From Candidatus Latescibacterota bacterium (GTDB lineage Bacteria; Latescibacterota; UBA2968; GCA-2709665): 64,000 bases of DNA. Location of the stretch: the NCBI GenBank assembly GCA_965248435.1, contig OZ252100.1:4128001-4192000 (forward strand). Reading direction: 5' to 3'. This document shows positions 10,645 to 19,898 of this stretch, one piece after another (within the stretch, counting starts at the first letter, position 1; every line of letters begins with the position of its first letter). Both the position numbers and the translations under genes were made by a program. The notes under the pieces were generated by a model that saw only the letters and a program-made list of their open reading frames with translations, was not told where the DNA came from and made no database searches.

Positions 10645-10691
10645 GAAGAGGCCCCGTCCTGACTAAGAGAATCAGGGCGGGGCTTTTGTTT
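10645..10691 (+). terminator. CCCCGTCCTGA hairpin (repeat family copy 2)
   Basis: gccccgtcctga-ctaagagaa-tcagggcggggc-ttttgttt. Confidence 0.7.
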
Positions 10692-10768
10692 GGGATCGTG
10701 CTGGCAGGAAGATTGCAGGTCTAGTGGGGCATAGCCGATAGCTCGGGGGGATCATACTCAAGAGGATC

Positions 10769-10843
10769 TAACCAGACAAAAAAAGTCACGCCAACGAAGA
10801 GACCCCGTCCTGATGCACTCGAATCAAGGCGGGGTTTCTTCTT
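10769..10843 (+). repeat. CCCCGTCCTGA hairpin (copy 3), orphan, with leader similar to copy 1
   Basis: aaccagac...gtcac...gaagagaccccgtcctga...tcaaggcggggtttctt. Confidence 0.65.
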
Positions 10844-11032
10844 GCAACTCTCAAGGGGTCGGGGCAACGGATGAACGCCCCGTTCAAAACACAGCATCGG
10901 TTTGAACAGGATGAATGGAGACATTAGTGCTTCCGAAAGACAGAATGACCTCTCTCGTCTACTGTGGCGCAATATCTTACAAGAACAAAACGGCCAACGG
11001 CATGAGAATTGCGAATCTGGAGGACCCAGCCC

Positions 11033-11061
11033 TTGACTTGTAACTAATAAATGGTTATATT
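11033..11061 (+). promoter_or_regulatory. TA operon promoter with palindromic operator
   Basis: TTGACT-17-TATATT; TAAC-N9-GTTA between the hexamers; ATG 4 nt after the -10. Confidence 0.65.
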
Positions 11062-11065
11062 AGAG

Positions 11066-11329
11066 ATGTATGAGGTTGTAATCAAGCGGAAAATCCTCAG
11101 GAATATTCAGAGATTACCTATTCCGATCCAGAGGAGATTGGCGAACCTGGTCGAAGACTTACGGGACGGAGGACCATTTAGAAAAGACTGGCCCAACTAT
11201 GGAAAACTCGGAACGGATGACTATCACTGCCACCTTGCTCATAGGTGGGTGGCTTGTTGGTATTGTGAAAGCAACTCAAACATAATTGAGATGTATTATG
11301 CAGGCAGTCGTGAAGACGCCCCGTATTGA
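11066..11329 (+). CDS. RelE/HigB-like type II toxin
   Basis: 87-aa basic protein with YEVVI...LP...YHCHL...WVACW...YAGSRE pattern, upstream of an HTH gene. Confidence 0.7.
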   Translation: MYEVVIKRKILRNIQRLPIPIQRRLANLVEDLRDGGPFRKDWPNYGKLGTDDYHCHLAHRWVACWYCESNSNIIEMYYAGSREDAPY

Positions 11330-11660
11330 GATCCACATCAAAGGAGATATTCCCAAGAAGCTCCTTTCTGTGCTTGAACAGGAATATGGGCAACAGGTCC
11401 AATTCATCGATGACGAAGAGACCGTGGATATCTTTCAGACCGATTGGTACCGACAAACAAAATCAAAGATGACGCCGGGCGACAACTTGAAGATCTACCG
11501 CACCAACAACGAATTGACGCAGGCGCGGTTGGGTGAGATGCTTGGGGGGCTACCGCGCCAGCACATTTCGAACATGGAGGCGGGCGCGAGATCTATCAGT
11601 TTGAAGATGGCACGGAAACTGTCAGAGATATTCAAGGTTTCGCCTGAGAAGTTCATCTAG
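11298..11660 (+). CDS. HigA-like XRE-family HTH antitoxin
   Basis: C-terminal HTH LTQARLGEMLG...HISNMEAGARSIS; overlaps the toxin by 32 nt. Confidence 0.8.
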   Translation: MQAVVKTPRIEIHIKGDIPKKLLSVLEQEYGQQVQFIDDEETVDIFQTDWYRQTKSKMTPGDNLKIYRTNNELTQARLGEMLGGLPRQHISNMEAGARSISLKMARKLSEIFKVSPEKFI

Positions 11661-11683
11661 AATAGACACAGACTCAAGATCTC

Positions 11684-11727
11684 GCCCCGTCCTGATCCAC
11701 TCGAATCAGGGCGGGGTTTCTTGTTTG
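11684..11727 (+). terminator. CCCCGTCCTGA hairpin (copy 4)
   Basis: gccccgtcctgat-ccactcga-atcagggcgggg-tttcttgttt. Confidence 0.7.
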
Positions 11728-11890
11728 GCCACAACCTTCGAACGCCGGTGTTGTGTGGTTGTGGGAACGGAATGTATATTGGAATATTGCTTTGCTGACG
11801 ATGTCAGCTGGAATGTCCCGAATTGTTCGAATCGCGCCCGAGCAGGATAACTCGGGGTGGGTCACCACTTCAGTCAAAGGAGGTACAACC

Positions 11891-12553
11891 GTGGCAGATG
11901 AAAAACGTGTGGCTGGGTATGACGATCCGGTTCAGGAGCCTGAAGAACTCATCCTGAAGACGCTTGAGTACCGGATGCCTTTTAATTACCGGAATGTGAC
12001 GGTCCATCGTCAATATCATGGTGGGGAGGTACACGGCGTCGAGCTCTTCCCCATCAATACAGATACGAAAGGGAGTTCCGGTCTGCCGCCGGAATTCATC
12101 GAAGTCGAGGAACAGCACCCGATCGTCCGCGTGGCCGTCATCGGCAGCGCGTGCACCCCGCCCGGATGGATTCAAATCGAGGCTGACCCGGTGGAAGGCT
12201 TTAGGGGGGAGAGAGAGAGCCCTGAAGTCATGCCGGTTCGCTTTCGCGCAGACAATCTCTGGGGCATGCACTTCAGGTATGACAGCTGGAAGGCCAAGGG
12301 CAGCAGCCAGATCGACCCCGTCAAGGGAGCAGAACATTACCCCGATTCACTCCCTGGTGGCACCAAACCCAAGCTGATCAGCCGCGAGCTGCCCCTCACG
12401 GGGATGAGCTGCGCGATTTTCGAGATTCCGCCATCTGACCGCGTCCGGATTACGGGGGGAGGCCAGATTCCCGCGTGGACGGCCGACAACTTTCCCGACG
12501 ATGTTCACTATTCGTTCCGCATGATTCGTACTACGCTCTCCGTTAAAGCATAG
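11891..12553 (+). CDS. Hypothetical protein (220 aa)
   Basis: GGAGG 7 nt before GTG; followed by a terminator. Confidence 0.7.
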   Translation: MADEKRVAGYDDPVQEPEELILKTLEYRMPFNYRNVTVHRQYHGGEVHGVELFPINTDTKGSSGLPPEFIEVEEQHPIVRVAVIGSACTPPGWIQIEADPVEGFRGERESPEVMPVRFRADNLWGMHFRYDSWKAKGSSQIDPVKGAEHYPDSLPGGTKPKLISRELPLTGMSCAIFEIPPSDRVRITGGGQIPAWTADNFPDDVHYSFRMIRTTLSVKA

Positions 12554-12604
12554 CCCGGAGCTGGCGCCGGGTGAAATGCGAATGTGGGCGTCACTCAACA
12601 ATAC

Positions 12605-12646
12605 GCCCCGTCCTGACAGCAAGAAGTCGGGACGGGGTTTTTGTTT
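12605..12646 (+). terminator. CCCCGTCCTGA hairpin (copy 5)
   Basis: ccccgtcctgac-agcaagaa-gtcgggacgggg-tttttgttt. Confidence 0.7.
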
Positions 12647-12828
12647 GGAGGTCGCGAGAGGTCAGGAGACCGTTGGAAATTCCGTTCACATCGCGGCGTC
12701 TCATTGATCGGGATGATTCGGAAGGACCGACGTGAATCTCGAAGCTCGTGATGGCTGATTCTTTGCCTCGCTTTACCCGGGCGTAGCGGAAGGCCTCATC
12801 GAAATCACTCGGGATTCTGGCAAGGAGG

Positions 12829-13461
12829 TTGCTGACTACCCACGGCATGGGTAGACCTGCGACCGGAGGTGGAGCGTTGAATGATCTCGGTGACGTCCAG
12901 GGTGAGATCGGTTTCCATCACGTGAGTCTCTATGAAGGTGATCGGACGATCCTGGAAGATGTGCATCTGACGATTCCGGCTCACTCCACTGTTGCAATCG
13001 TCGGAAAAAGGGCCTCCGGGAAGGTCGCACTGACCAGGCTGATACAAAGGTTTCGTGATCCGTGCGAGGGAACCATCACGATCGACGGCGCTGACGTCAG
13101 AACGATCTGCCTCGAGTACCTGAGGCAGATCGTTTGCACGGAGACGCTGAAAGGCGGTTCATTCCAGGGGAGTGTTTCGCACGGTTTGAAGTTGAACACA
13201 CCGATCTTGATTCTCGAAGAAGCGGTCGCCGAGCTGGACTCTCGATCTGAATTTTACATTCAGGAGATGTTGAAGCGGATGACACGGGGGAGAACGGCGT
13301 TGATGATCGCGCGCCGGCCCTCCACGATCCGATCGGCCGATGAGGTAATCGTTCTGGAAGCGGGAAAGATGGTGGAGCAGGGGCCTCCACAGCTTCTCGA
13401 GGCGCTTGGAGGGAGCTTTGCGGACCTGATGGGCGAACTCGATGGTTCAGTTGTCGCGTAA
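12829..13461 (+). pseudogene. Degenerate MsbA-type ABC ATPase domain, no membrane domain
   Basis: Walker A GKRASGKV, LSGGQ signature deleted, Walker B ILILEEA, H-loop IARR. Confidence 0.7.
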
Positions 13462-13796
13462 TTCATCATCGGTGAAATAGAGTTCATTTCCGTCCGGGTC
13501 GGCTACGACCATGACCTTCATTCCCCATTGTGTAAACGACACTTCAGCGCCTGAAGACCTGAACTCGTCCTCTAACCCATTTACTCGACCCGAATCGAGG
13601 GACATAAAGATCCGCCCCTTTCCCGATTTCTGGACATCCTTGTTCAAGATGAGTTCTAAACCCTCTCGATCGACCTGCGCTGCACCATCTTCGTGCTTCC
13701 ACTCTCTGAAAACCCCAGTCGTTCGTAAAAATCGATCGACTTCTCGACATCATCCACGAAGAAGACCGTCCTGTGGTACCAAAGCGAACTTCCCAC
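13447..13796 (-). pseudogene. VOC/glyoxalase gene with a single frameshift near 13703
   Basis: AGGAGG then GTG 13796: VGSSLWYHRTVFFVDDVEKSIDFYERLGF; continues in another frame WKHEDGAAQVDREGLELIL...WGMKVMVVADPDGNELYF. Confidence 0.75.
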
Positions 13797-13830
13797 GCGT
13801 TGTCCTCCTGTGAGTGATTCGACGGTTTTG

Positions 13831-13853
13831 CGAGATACGAGATACGAGATACG
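13831..13853. repeat. (CGAGATA)3 heptamer tandem repeat
   Basis: Direct reading. Confidence 0.85.
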
Positions 13854-13854
13854 C

Positions 13855-14565
13855 TTAGGATGCGGCCGCGGCGGGCGACTCGAAGCCCTCTTCGTATATC
13901 CTCCAGGCCAGAAGCAGATTCAGGCAGATGGAGATGGGCACGACGATGCTCGGCGCCAGGATCATCGGGAACTCGAACATGAATTCGAAGCCCGGTTCGT
14001 TCATCCAGTGATTCATGCCGACAATCAGCGGCAGGAGGATGATGGCGGCGCCGAGCAGGTTCCAGATCGCGAGGAAGCGCCGGCCCACGGCATCCCTCAC
14101 CATCATCCACGCGAGGACGAGGGCGGATATGCCGTAGAGAAAGTCCGGGATGCCGACCACGAACACGAACTTGGACGTGACCTCGCCGCGGAACCCTTTC
14201 ATCACGCCGCCGATCGCCCCGATGCGCAGGGCCTGGAAAAGGACCAGCCAGTGCCACGGCGTGTACGCGGCGATGCCGCGCAGACCGCTTCGGAGCGGCC
14301 GCGAAACGACCAGGCCGACGACCAGCAGGACGATTGCCACGTTGGCCTGCCACAGCAGCGGGATCCGCTCCATCAACGCGACGTGCATCCCTTTGATCCC
14401 CATCACGAACGCGACCACCGTCCAGGCGAAAAACGCCAGCAGCAGGGCATAGACGTTGATCGCTTCCGCGAGGCTGATCGACTGATTCCGCTTCGCCCTG
14501 TGGGTGATCCAAATACAGAAGGCGAAGTTGATCAGGACGAAGATCGGAACGATCGAGAATTTCAT
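13855..14565 (-). CDS. Integral membrane protein of unknown function
   Basis: About 7 TM segments; GGAGG RBS. Confidence 0.8.
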   Translation of the reverse strand: MKFSIVPIFVLINFAFCIWITHRAKRNQSISLAEAINVYALLLAFFAWTVVAFVMGIKGMHVALMERIPLLWQANVAIVLLVVGLVVSRPLRSGLRGIAAYTPWHWLVLFQALRIGAIGGVMKGFRGEVTSKFVFVVGIPDFLYGISALVLAWMMVRDAVGRRFLAIWNLLGAAIILLPLIVGMNHWMNEPGFEFMFEFPMILAPSIVVPISICLNLLLAWRIYEEGFESPAAAAS

Positions 14566-14617
14566 AGTGAACGCCTCCTTTTGCGTCCTTCACACCGTAT
14601 CAACAAAATTTATCCGA

Positions 14618-14654
14618 CGAGATACGCTTAACGAGATACGAGATACGAGATACG
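14618..14654. repeat. CGAGATA heptamer repeats (1 + 3 units)
   Basis: Direct reading. Confidence 0.85.
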
Positions 14655-14658
14655 CTCT

Positions 14659-15450
14659 TTACCAGATCGTCCAGCCGCCGTCGACGACGAGGTTGTGACC
14701 GGTGATCCAGTCTCCGGCCTTCGAGGCGAGGAGACCCACGGCCCCCTTCAGGTGCTCCGGCCTGCCGTGGACCTGGAGCGCGTTGAGCAGTCGGTAGCGC
14801 TCGGCCTGTTTCGGGTCCATATCCGGCTTCAGGATCTGTCCGGGGCTGATGCAGTTGGCCGTGATGCCGTGCGAGCCGAGCTCGGCGGCGAGCGCGCGCG
14901 TGAGGTTGATGACGGCGCCCTTCGCGGCCTGGTAGGGGGGACCCGACCGGGGTTTCATGTCCAGGCCTTCGTACATCCGGAGGTCGGCCGTCGTAAACCC
15001 GTGGATCGAACCGATCGTGATGATCTTGCCGGATCGCTGGGGGATCATCACGCGGGCCGCGGCCTGGGCGCACATGTAGATGCTCTTGACGTTCGTCTCC
15101 CATGTCAGCGTGAACTCTTCGATCGAGGCGTCCGGGATGTAGGTGGTCGTGGCGCTTCCGCCGGCGTTGCAGACGACGATGTCCAGCTGACCTTTTTGGG
15201 CGACGACGGTGTCGATCAGGGCATCGACCTGGGCTTCGTCGGTGACGTCGCAGCCGAGTCCGGTGCAGTCGATCCCGGCCTCCTGCAGCTCGCCGGCGAC
15301 CTGTTCGCAGAGGGCCTTACGCCGGCTCGCGATGTACACGACGGCGCCAAGCTCACCGAGAGCGGTGGCCATGGCCGTGCCGAGATGGGTGCCCCCGCCG
15401 GTGACGATGGCGACTTTGCCTGTTAGGTCGAAGAGTTCCTGGACAGTCAT
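14659..15450 (-). CDS. SDR family oxidoreductase (gluconate 5-dehydrogenase-like)
   Basis: TGGGTHLG, NAG, YQAAK, ITGHNLVVDGG. Confidence 0.92.
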   Translation of the reverse strand: MTVQELFDLTGKVAIVTGGGTHLGTAMATALGELGAVVYIASRRKALCEQVAGELQEAGIDCTGLGCDVTDEAQVDALIDTVVAQKGQLDIVVCNAGGSATTTYIPDASIEEFTLTWETNVKSIYMCAQAAARVMIPQRSGKIITIGSIHGFTTADLRMYEGLDMKPRSGPPYQAAKGAVINLTRALAAELGSHGITANCISPGQILKPDMDPKQAERYRLLNALQVHGRPEHLKGAVGLLASKAGDWITGHNLVVDGGWTIW

Positions 15451-15543
15451 CTATTACCTCCACAAAAGATACGAGGTCTCACCGCGGAGGCGCAGAGAAC
15501 GCGGAGAGAGAATCGAATGATGAATATCGAAGCCGATCCCGGT

Positions 15544-15735
15544 CCCTCGATACACCCGTGAGCCTTTTCCTAGGTGAAAACTGTTTATCTCACGGAGCGG
15601 GCACTCGGGAACTCGGGACTTCCGTATCAGGTGTTGAGCATAACGAATCAGTGTTGAATCACCCAGAGGCAAAACCCCCGAATCCCCGAGTGCGGCGCTG
15701 AGGAGGGTTCTGAATCACGCGCCGTGTATCGAGGG
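15544..15735. repeat. Inverted-pair palindromic element (CCCGAGTGC...GTGTATCGAGGG arms)
   Basis: ccctcgatacac...gcactcggg (15544-15609) mirrors cccgagtgc...gtgtatcgaggg (15685-15735). Confidence 0.65.
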
Positions 15736-15821
15736 GTCGGGCCCCAGGGAGCAGGCACGAAAAAGCACCTGCGAATATAATACACAGGTGCCAACTCACC
15801 TTGCCCAATGACTTGCCGACG

Positions 15822-16433
15822 CTATCCCTGGGTGGCCAGTGTCTGCTTCAGTCCGCTCAACAGGTCAACGACTTTGTCGATCTCCTCCTTCGGCGCCATG
15901 TCCCTGTATCTCGTGAAGGCTTCGACGGCGCGGCCGAACTCTTCGTTCAGGGCGTGGACCAGGCCCAGGTTGAACTGGGTGTTCGGATATCCGGGATGGA
16001 TCTCCGCCGCGATTTCGTAGTGCACGCGCGCGAGCGCGAGGTCACCCGTCTCGAAGTACTGGTTTGCGAGGTTGTAGTGGGTTTCGAAGTGGCGGGGGTT
16101 GGCCTTCAGGGATTTGGTGAAGCAGTCGAAGGCCTTGGCCGTCCTGCCCTGCTGGGATTCCAGGATGCCCAGGTTGCAGAAGGCATCGGCCACGCAGTCC
16201 CCTTCTGAGATCGCGGTCAAGTAGGCGTCGGCGGCCTTCGGGTCTCCCCGCTCGTCAAGCAGCAGGGCCTCCTCGAAGCGCCCGATCGTTCTGGGAAGTT
16301 CGAGGACATTTCCAGACGACGTGGAGAAGAGGTCGAGCTGATCGGGATCGAAACGCTTCCGCTTGCGCTTCTTGACACGCTTGAACCCGAACTTGGCCGG
16401 GGGCTTTCCCGGAAAGGCGATCACATTGGCCAC
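15822..16433 (-). CDS. Tetratricopeptide repeat protein with basic N-terminus and QLDLF motif
   Basis: TPR consensus AFCNLG, THYNLA, TQFNLG; 32 nt downstream of ku. Confidence 0.85.
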   Translation of the reverse strand: MANVIAFPGKPPAKFGFKRVKKRKRKRFDPDQLDLFSTSSGNVLELPRTIGRFEEALLLDERGDPKAADAYLTAISEGDCVADAFCNLGILESQQGRTAKAFDCFTKSLKANPRHFETHYNLANQYFETGDLALARVHYEIAAEIHPGYPNTQFNLGLVHALNEEFGRAVEAFTRYRDMAPKEEIDKVVDLLSGLKQTLATQG

Positions 16434-16465
16434 ACTCTTTTACCTCAGGACGAAGTCGTGTAACC

Positions 16466-17347
16466 TCAGGCGGCTTTTCGCTTTTTGGCCTTGGCCGTGG
16501 TCTTGGTCTTCTTCGCCTTCTTGGCCTTCTTCGTTTGGGCTCGGGCCTTTCCGGTGGCCTTCTTCATCGGCTTCCGATCGGCCTTGGCCTGCTCGATGCT
16601 GTCCTTGAGGGCGGTCATAATGTCCACGACCGGTGCGAGCTCCTCGGCGACGGTCACGATTTCCCTGCCCTCGACCTTGGCCTCCACCATCTCCTTCACG
16701 GCCTGTCGGTAGTTGTCCTTCAGCTCGATCTTGTCCAGGGATGTGGACATCGAGTCGACGAGACTCTGGGCCATCTTCAGCTGTTGGGCGTCCGCCGCTT
16801 CACCGTCCAGTTGAGGTACGTCGGCGATGTTTCGCACCATCTCGGGCGTGCGGAGCTTGTAAAGGATCAGTCCGTTTTCCTCCGGGCCGATCATGACGAT
16901 CTCTTCCCGGTCTCGGAGCACGACCTTGCCGATGCCCAGCTTTCCGCTCTGTCTCAGGGCCTCGCCGAGGAGGGCATAGGCCTTCGCCGCGACGTCGCCG
17001 TCGGGCCCGGCGAAATAGGGGGTCTCATACAGGGTCGGGTGGACTTCCGAGGCGTCCACGAACCCCTCGATCTCGATGATCTTCGTGCTTTTGAGTTTGA
17101 TCTTTTCGAGGTCTTCCGCTTCGACGATCACGAACTGCTCCGGCTCGTACTGGTAGCCCTTGACGATCTCCTCCTTGTCGAGCACCTTGCTGCACTTCTT
17201 ACACTTCTTGTCATATCCGATCGGACCGTTGCACTCCTTGTGCAGCTGGTTGAATCGGATGGTCTGGGCTGTGTCCACGGCGTTGTAGATGCGGATGGGG
17301 ATCGTGACCAGGGAGAAACGGATGTGGCCTTTCCAGATTGCTCGCAT
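16466..17347 (-). CDS. ku: Non-homologous end joining protein Ku
   Basis: MRAIWKGHIRFSLVTIP, EIVKGYQY, Lys-rich C-terminal tail. Confidence 0.96.
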   Translation of the reverse strand: MRAIWKGHIRFSLVTIPIRIYNAVDTAQTIRFNQLHKECNGPIGYDKKCKKCSKVLDKEEIVKGYQYEPEQFVIVEAEDLEKIKLKSTKIIEIEGFVDASEVHPTLYETPYFAGPDGDVAAKAYALLGEALRQSGKLGIGKVVLRDREEIVMIGPEENGLILYKLRTPEMVRNIADVPQLDGEAADAQQLKMAQSLVDSMSTSLDKIELKDNYRQAVKEMVEAKVEGREIVTVAEELAPVVDIMTALKDSIEQAKADRKPMKKATGKARAQTKKAKKAKKTKTTAKAKKRKAA

Positions 17348-17386
17348 GCTTTACCTCCGCGTCGGGTCTGGGTGTGACGTTTCGAT

Positions 17387-19714
17387 TCAGGCCGTCAGAT
17401 CGGGACGGAGCCGCACGAAGACCGGCTCGCGCAGCGTCCCGTTGGGTGTGAACGAGGCGTACTGGACCTCGCACAGCAGTTCAGGTTTCAGCCATGTCGT
17501 CTGGGCGTCGTCGACCGGTCTTTCCTTCACGGGACGTTTTCCCGGGGGGACCTTCTTGAGTTCTTTCAGCACGGTCTTGAGCATCCGATCGTCGAAGCCG
17601 GTCCCGACCTTGCCCAGATACTTCAGCCCGTCCCCGTTCCCCTGTGCAAGATGCAGCGCCCCGAATCCGGACCGGCGATCTCCCTTGCCTTCCGTGTAGC
17701 CGATGATCATACACTCGGTCGTCTGCCTGGCCTTTACCTTGAGCCACGAAGCGGACCGCCTGCCGGGCAGGTAATGACTGTCGGACTGTTTGGCCATGAT
17801 GCCCTCGAGGCCCATCTTCTTGGCCGCCTCGAAGAGGTCATTCCCTTCGTCCACGGCCTCGCTGACGCGATAGGTCTCGTTCCTGCGGACGGCATCGGTC
17901 ATCCACTCGCGCCGCACCGTCAGGGGTTCGCTGACGATGGGCCGCCCGTCCAGGTAGAGGCAGTCGAACAGGTAGCAGACGGCGGGGTGCTTTGCGCTCG
18001 CGCGCGTAATCGCGCCCTCGCTCGTGGGATGGAGGCGGCCCACCGCGTGATGGAAGATCGGCCGGCCGCCTTCCTCGAGGCAGACGATCTCGGCGTCGAA
18101 AAGCGCGGAGGAGGCCCTGAAGGCCTGCTCGGGAATCAGCAGCTCCGGGAAGTATTTGGTGATGTCCCGCTGGCTGCGGCTTCTGATCCTCATTTCCCCT
18201 TCGTCGATCGCGATCATGGCCCGTATGCCGTCCCACTTGACTTCATACAGATATTCGGGTCCATCAGGCGGCTCGTCCTGGGTCTCCGCCAGCATGGGAT
18301 CGATCGGCTCGACGAGCCAGTCCACCTGAAGCGGATCGACGCGCTCCAGCAGACATTCCTTGTTCCGGGTGTTGATCAGCCGGTATTCACCGGTGACGCC
18401 CTCACCGTAGAGCCGAAAATAGAAACTGTCTTTCTTCTGCTTCGTGATTTCGTAGGTCCCGTGTCCGAAGATCCACATCCGGCCGCCGCCGTACTGGCCT
18501 TTCGGGATCGTGCCGTCGAAGGCGAGGTATTCGATCGGGTGGTCTTCCACGGAGACTGCCAGGCGCTTGATTCCCGGCCGGGGGGGGAGCCCCTTCGGAA
18601 CGGCCCACGACCTCAGTGCGCCCTCGTGTTCGAGCCGCAGGTCGTAGTGGAGCCTGGAGGCGTGATGGCGATGGATGACGAACGCATTTCCATCTCCCCC
18701 GATCTCGGCAGGAACGGGCTCGGGTGTCTTGCCGAAGTTCCGCTTCTGTCTGTACGCCTCGAGGTCCTCGGGTGACTTGAAGGTCGGGGACGGCCCGACC
18801 TGCCTCCTGGACTTTTTCGTCTGCTTCCGCTCGGTGTGGAGGTCCACGGCGTAGGCGTTGAATCCTTCCCAGGCATCCCCCTCAGAGCGAACGTGGTCCC
18901 TAACGGTGCGGATGTTGAAGACCTTCGGGTCGTCGACGCCGCTCAACTGCTCCCACTGGAGCGGCATCGAGATCGGGGCCGACACGGCGCCTCGAACGCT
19001 GTAGGGTGAAACGATCGTCTGGTAGTGACGGTTCCGGTAGATGTCGACGAGCACCTTTCCGCCACGTGCGTCTTTCTTGATGCGGAGGGTGGTCGACGAC
19101 CCGTGCGCGTCCACGAACGGCCGGGCGACATCCGCGGCGGCATCCGCGACCTGATCGAAGCTCCACCTGGGCTGGATCGGGCAGAGGATGTGCACGCCCT
19201 TTCGGCCGGTCGTCTTGACGAAGGGATGGTATCCGAACCCTTCGACGTGTTCCTTGAGGTCGATGGCCAGGCCGACCACTTCCTCGAATGGGAAATCTTC
19301 CGGGGGATCCAGGTCGAAGACGACGTAGTCCGGCTTGTCGTAGTGCGGCTTGTGAGAGTGCATCTGGTGCAGTTCAAGACAGGCCAGGTTTGCGACCCAG
19401 ACGAGGGTGGCCTCTTCGGAGGCGAGGATGTAGTCGATCTTGTCTTCTTCACCCAGTGCGACGTGCTGAACCCACTCGGGGGCCCAGTCCGGCCGGTTTT
19501 TCTGAAAGAATCGCCCACCCGTGATCCCATCCGGGTAGCGGACGAAGGAAAGGGGCCGGCCGTAGAGGTGCGAGAGGATCGTCGGCGCGATTTCCAGATA
19601 GTACTCGATGAGCTCGGCTTTGAGAAACCCGTCTCCGGGGAAGAGGACCTTATTCAGGTTCGAAAGCTCGATTTTGCGCTTTCCGACACTGGCTAATTGT
19701 GACGTTCTGGCCAT
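17387..19714 (-). CDS. ligD: NHEJ DNA ligase D (polymerase-phosphoesterase-ligase order)
   Basis: Primase-polymerase RYPDG/FDLDP/KTTGRKGVH; PE domain HHASRLHYDLRLE; ligase EVKWDG, EGIMAK, WLKVK. Confidence 0.96.
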   Translation of the reverse strand: MARTSQLASVGKRKIELSNLNKVLFPGDGFLKAELIEYYLEIAPTILSHLYGRPLSFVRYPDGITGGRFFQKNRPDWAPEWVQHVALGEEDKIDYILASEEATLVWVANLACLELHQMHSHKPHYDKPDYVVFDLDPPEDFPFEEVVGLAIDLKEHVEGFGYHPFVKTTGRKGVHILCPIQPRWSFDQVADAAADVARPFVDAHGSSTTLRIKKDARGGKVLVDIYRNRHYQTIVSPYSVRGAVSAPISMPLQWEQLSGVDDPKVFNIRTVRDHVRSEGDAWEGFNAYAVDLHTERKQTKKSRRQVGPSPTFKSPEDLEAYRQKRNFGKTPEPVPAEIGGDGNAFVIHRHHASRLHYDLRLEHEGALRSWAVPKGLPPRPGIKRLAVSVEDHPIEYLAFDGTIPKGQYGGGRMWIFGHGTYEITKQKKDSFYFRLYGEGVTGEYRLINTRNKECLLERVDPLQVDWLVEPIDPMLAETQDEPPDGPEYLYEVKWDGIRAMIAIDEGEMRIRSRSQRDITKYFPELLIPEQAFRASSALFDAEIVCLEEGGRPIFHHAVGRLHPTSEGAITRASAKHPAVCYLFDCLYLDGRPIVSEPLTVRREWMTDAVRRNETYRVSEAVDEGNDLFEAAKKMGLEGIMAKQSDSHYLPGRRSASWLKVKARQTTECMIIGYTEGKGDRRSGFGALHLAQGNGDGLKYLGKVGTGFDDRMLKTVLKELKKVPPGKRPVKERPVDDAQTTWLKPELLCEVQYASFTPNGTLREPVFVRLRPDLTA

Positions 19715-19898
19715 CGACCGTCCTTGCCGATCTCGGTTCCCGGGCCGACCCGAGGGTGGCTTCCGGACCCCGATTCTGGTGCTAAGATTCGCTGTTATAA
19801 GGTCTTATAAAGATAAGAACTGCCGTCTTGCGTTGTCAACGGACAAATTCCGAATCAGTTGCATCTATTTGGCCAATGCGTTATATTATAAGCCGTTT

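Noticed and set aside
9612-12646. CRISPR interpretation of the hairpin or heptamer repeats
   Set aside because: Irregular, gene-sized spacing, divergent repeats and no cas genes
13544-14631. 349-aa and 273-aa overlapping ORFs
   Set aside because: Alternative frames over the membrane protein gene and the VOC pseudogene
17387-19714. LigD Pol-PE-Lig domain order as a novelty
   Set aside because: This order is already known from mycobacterial LigD
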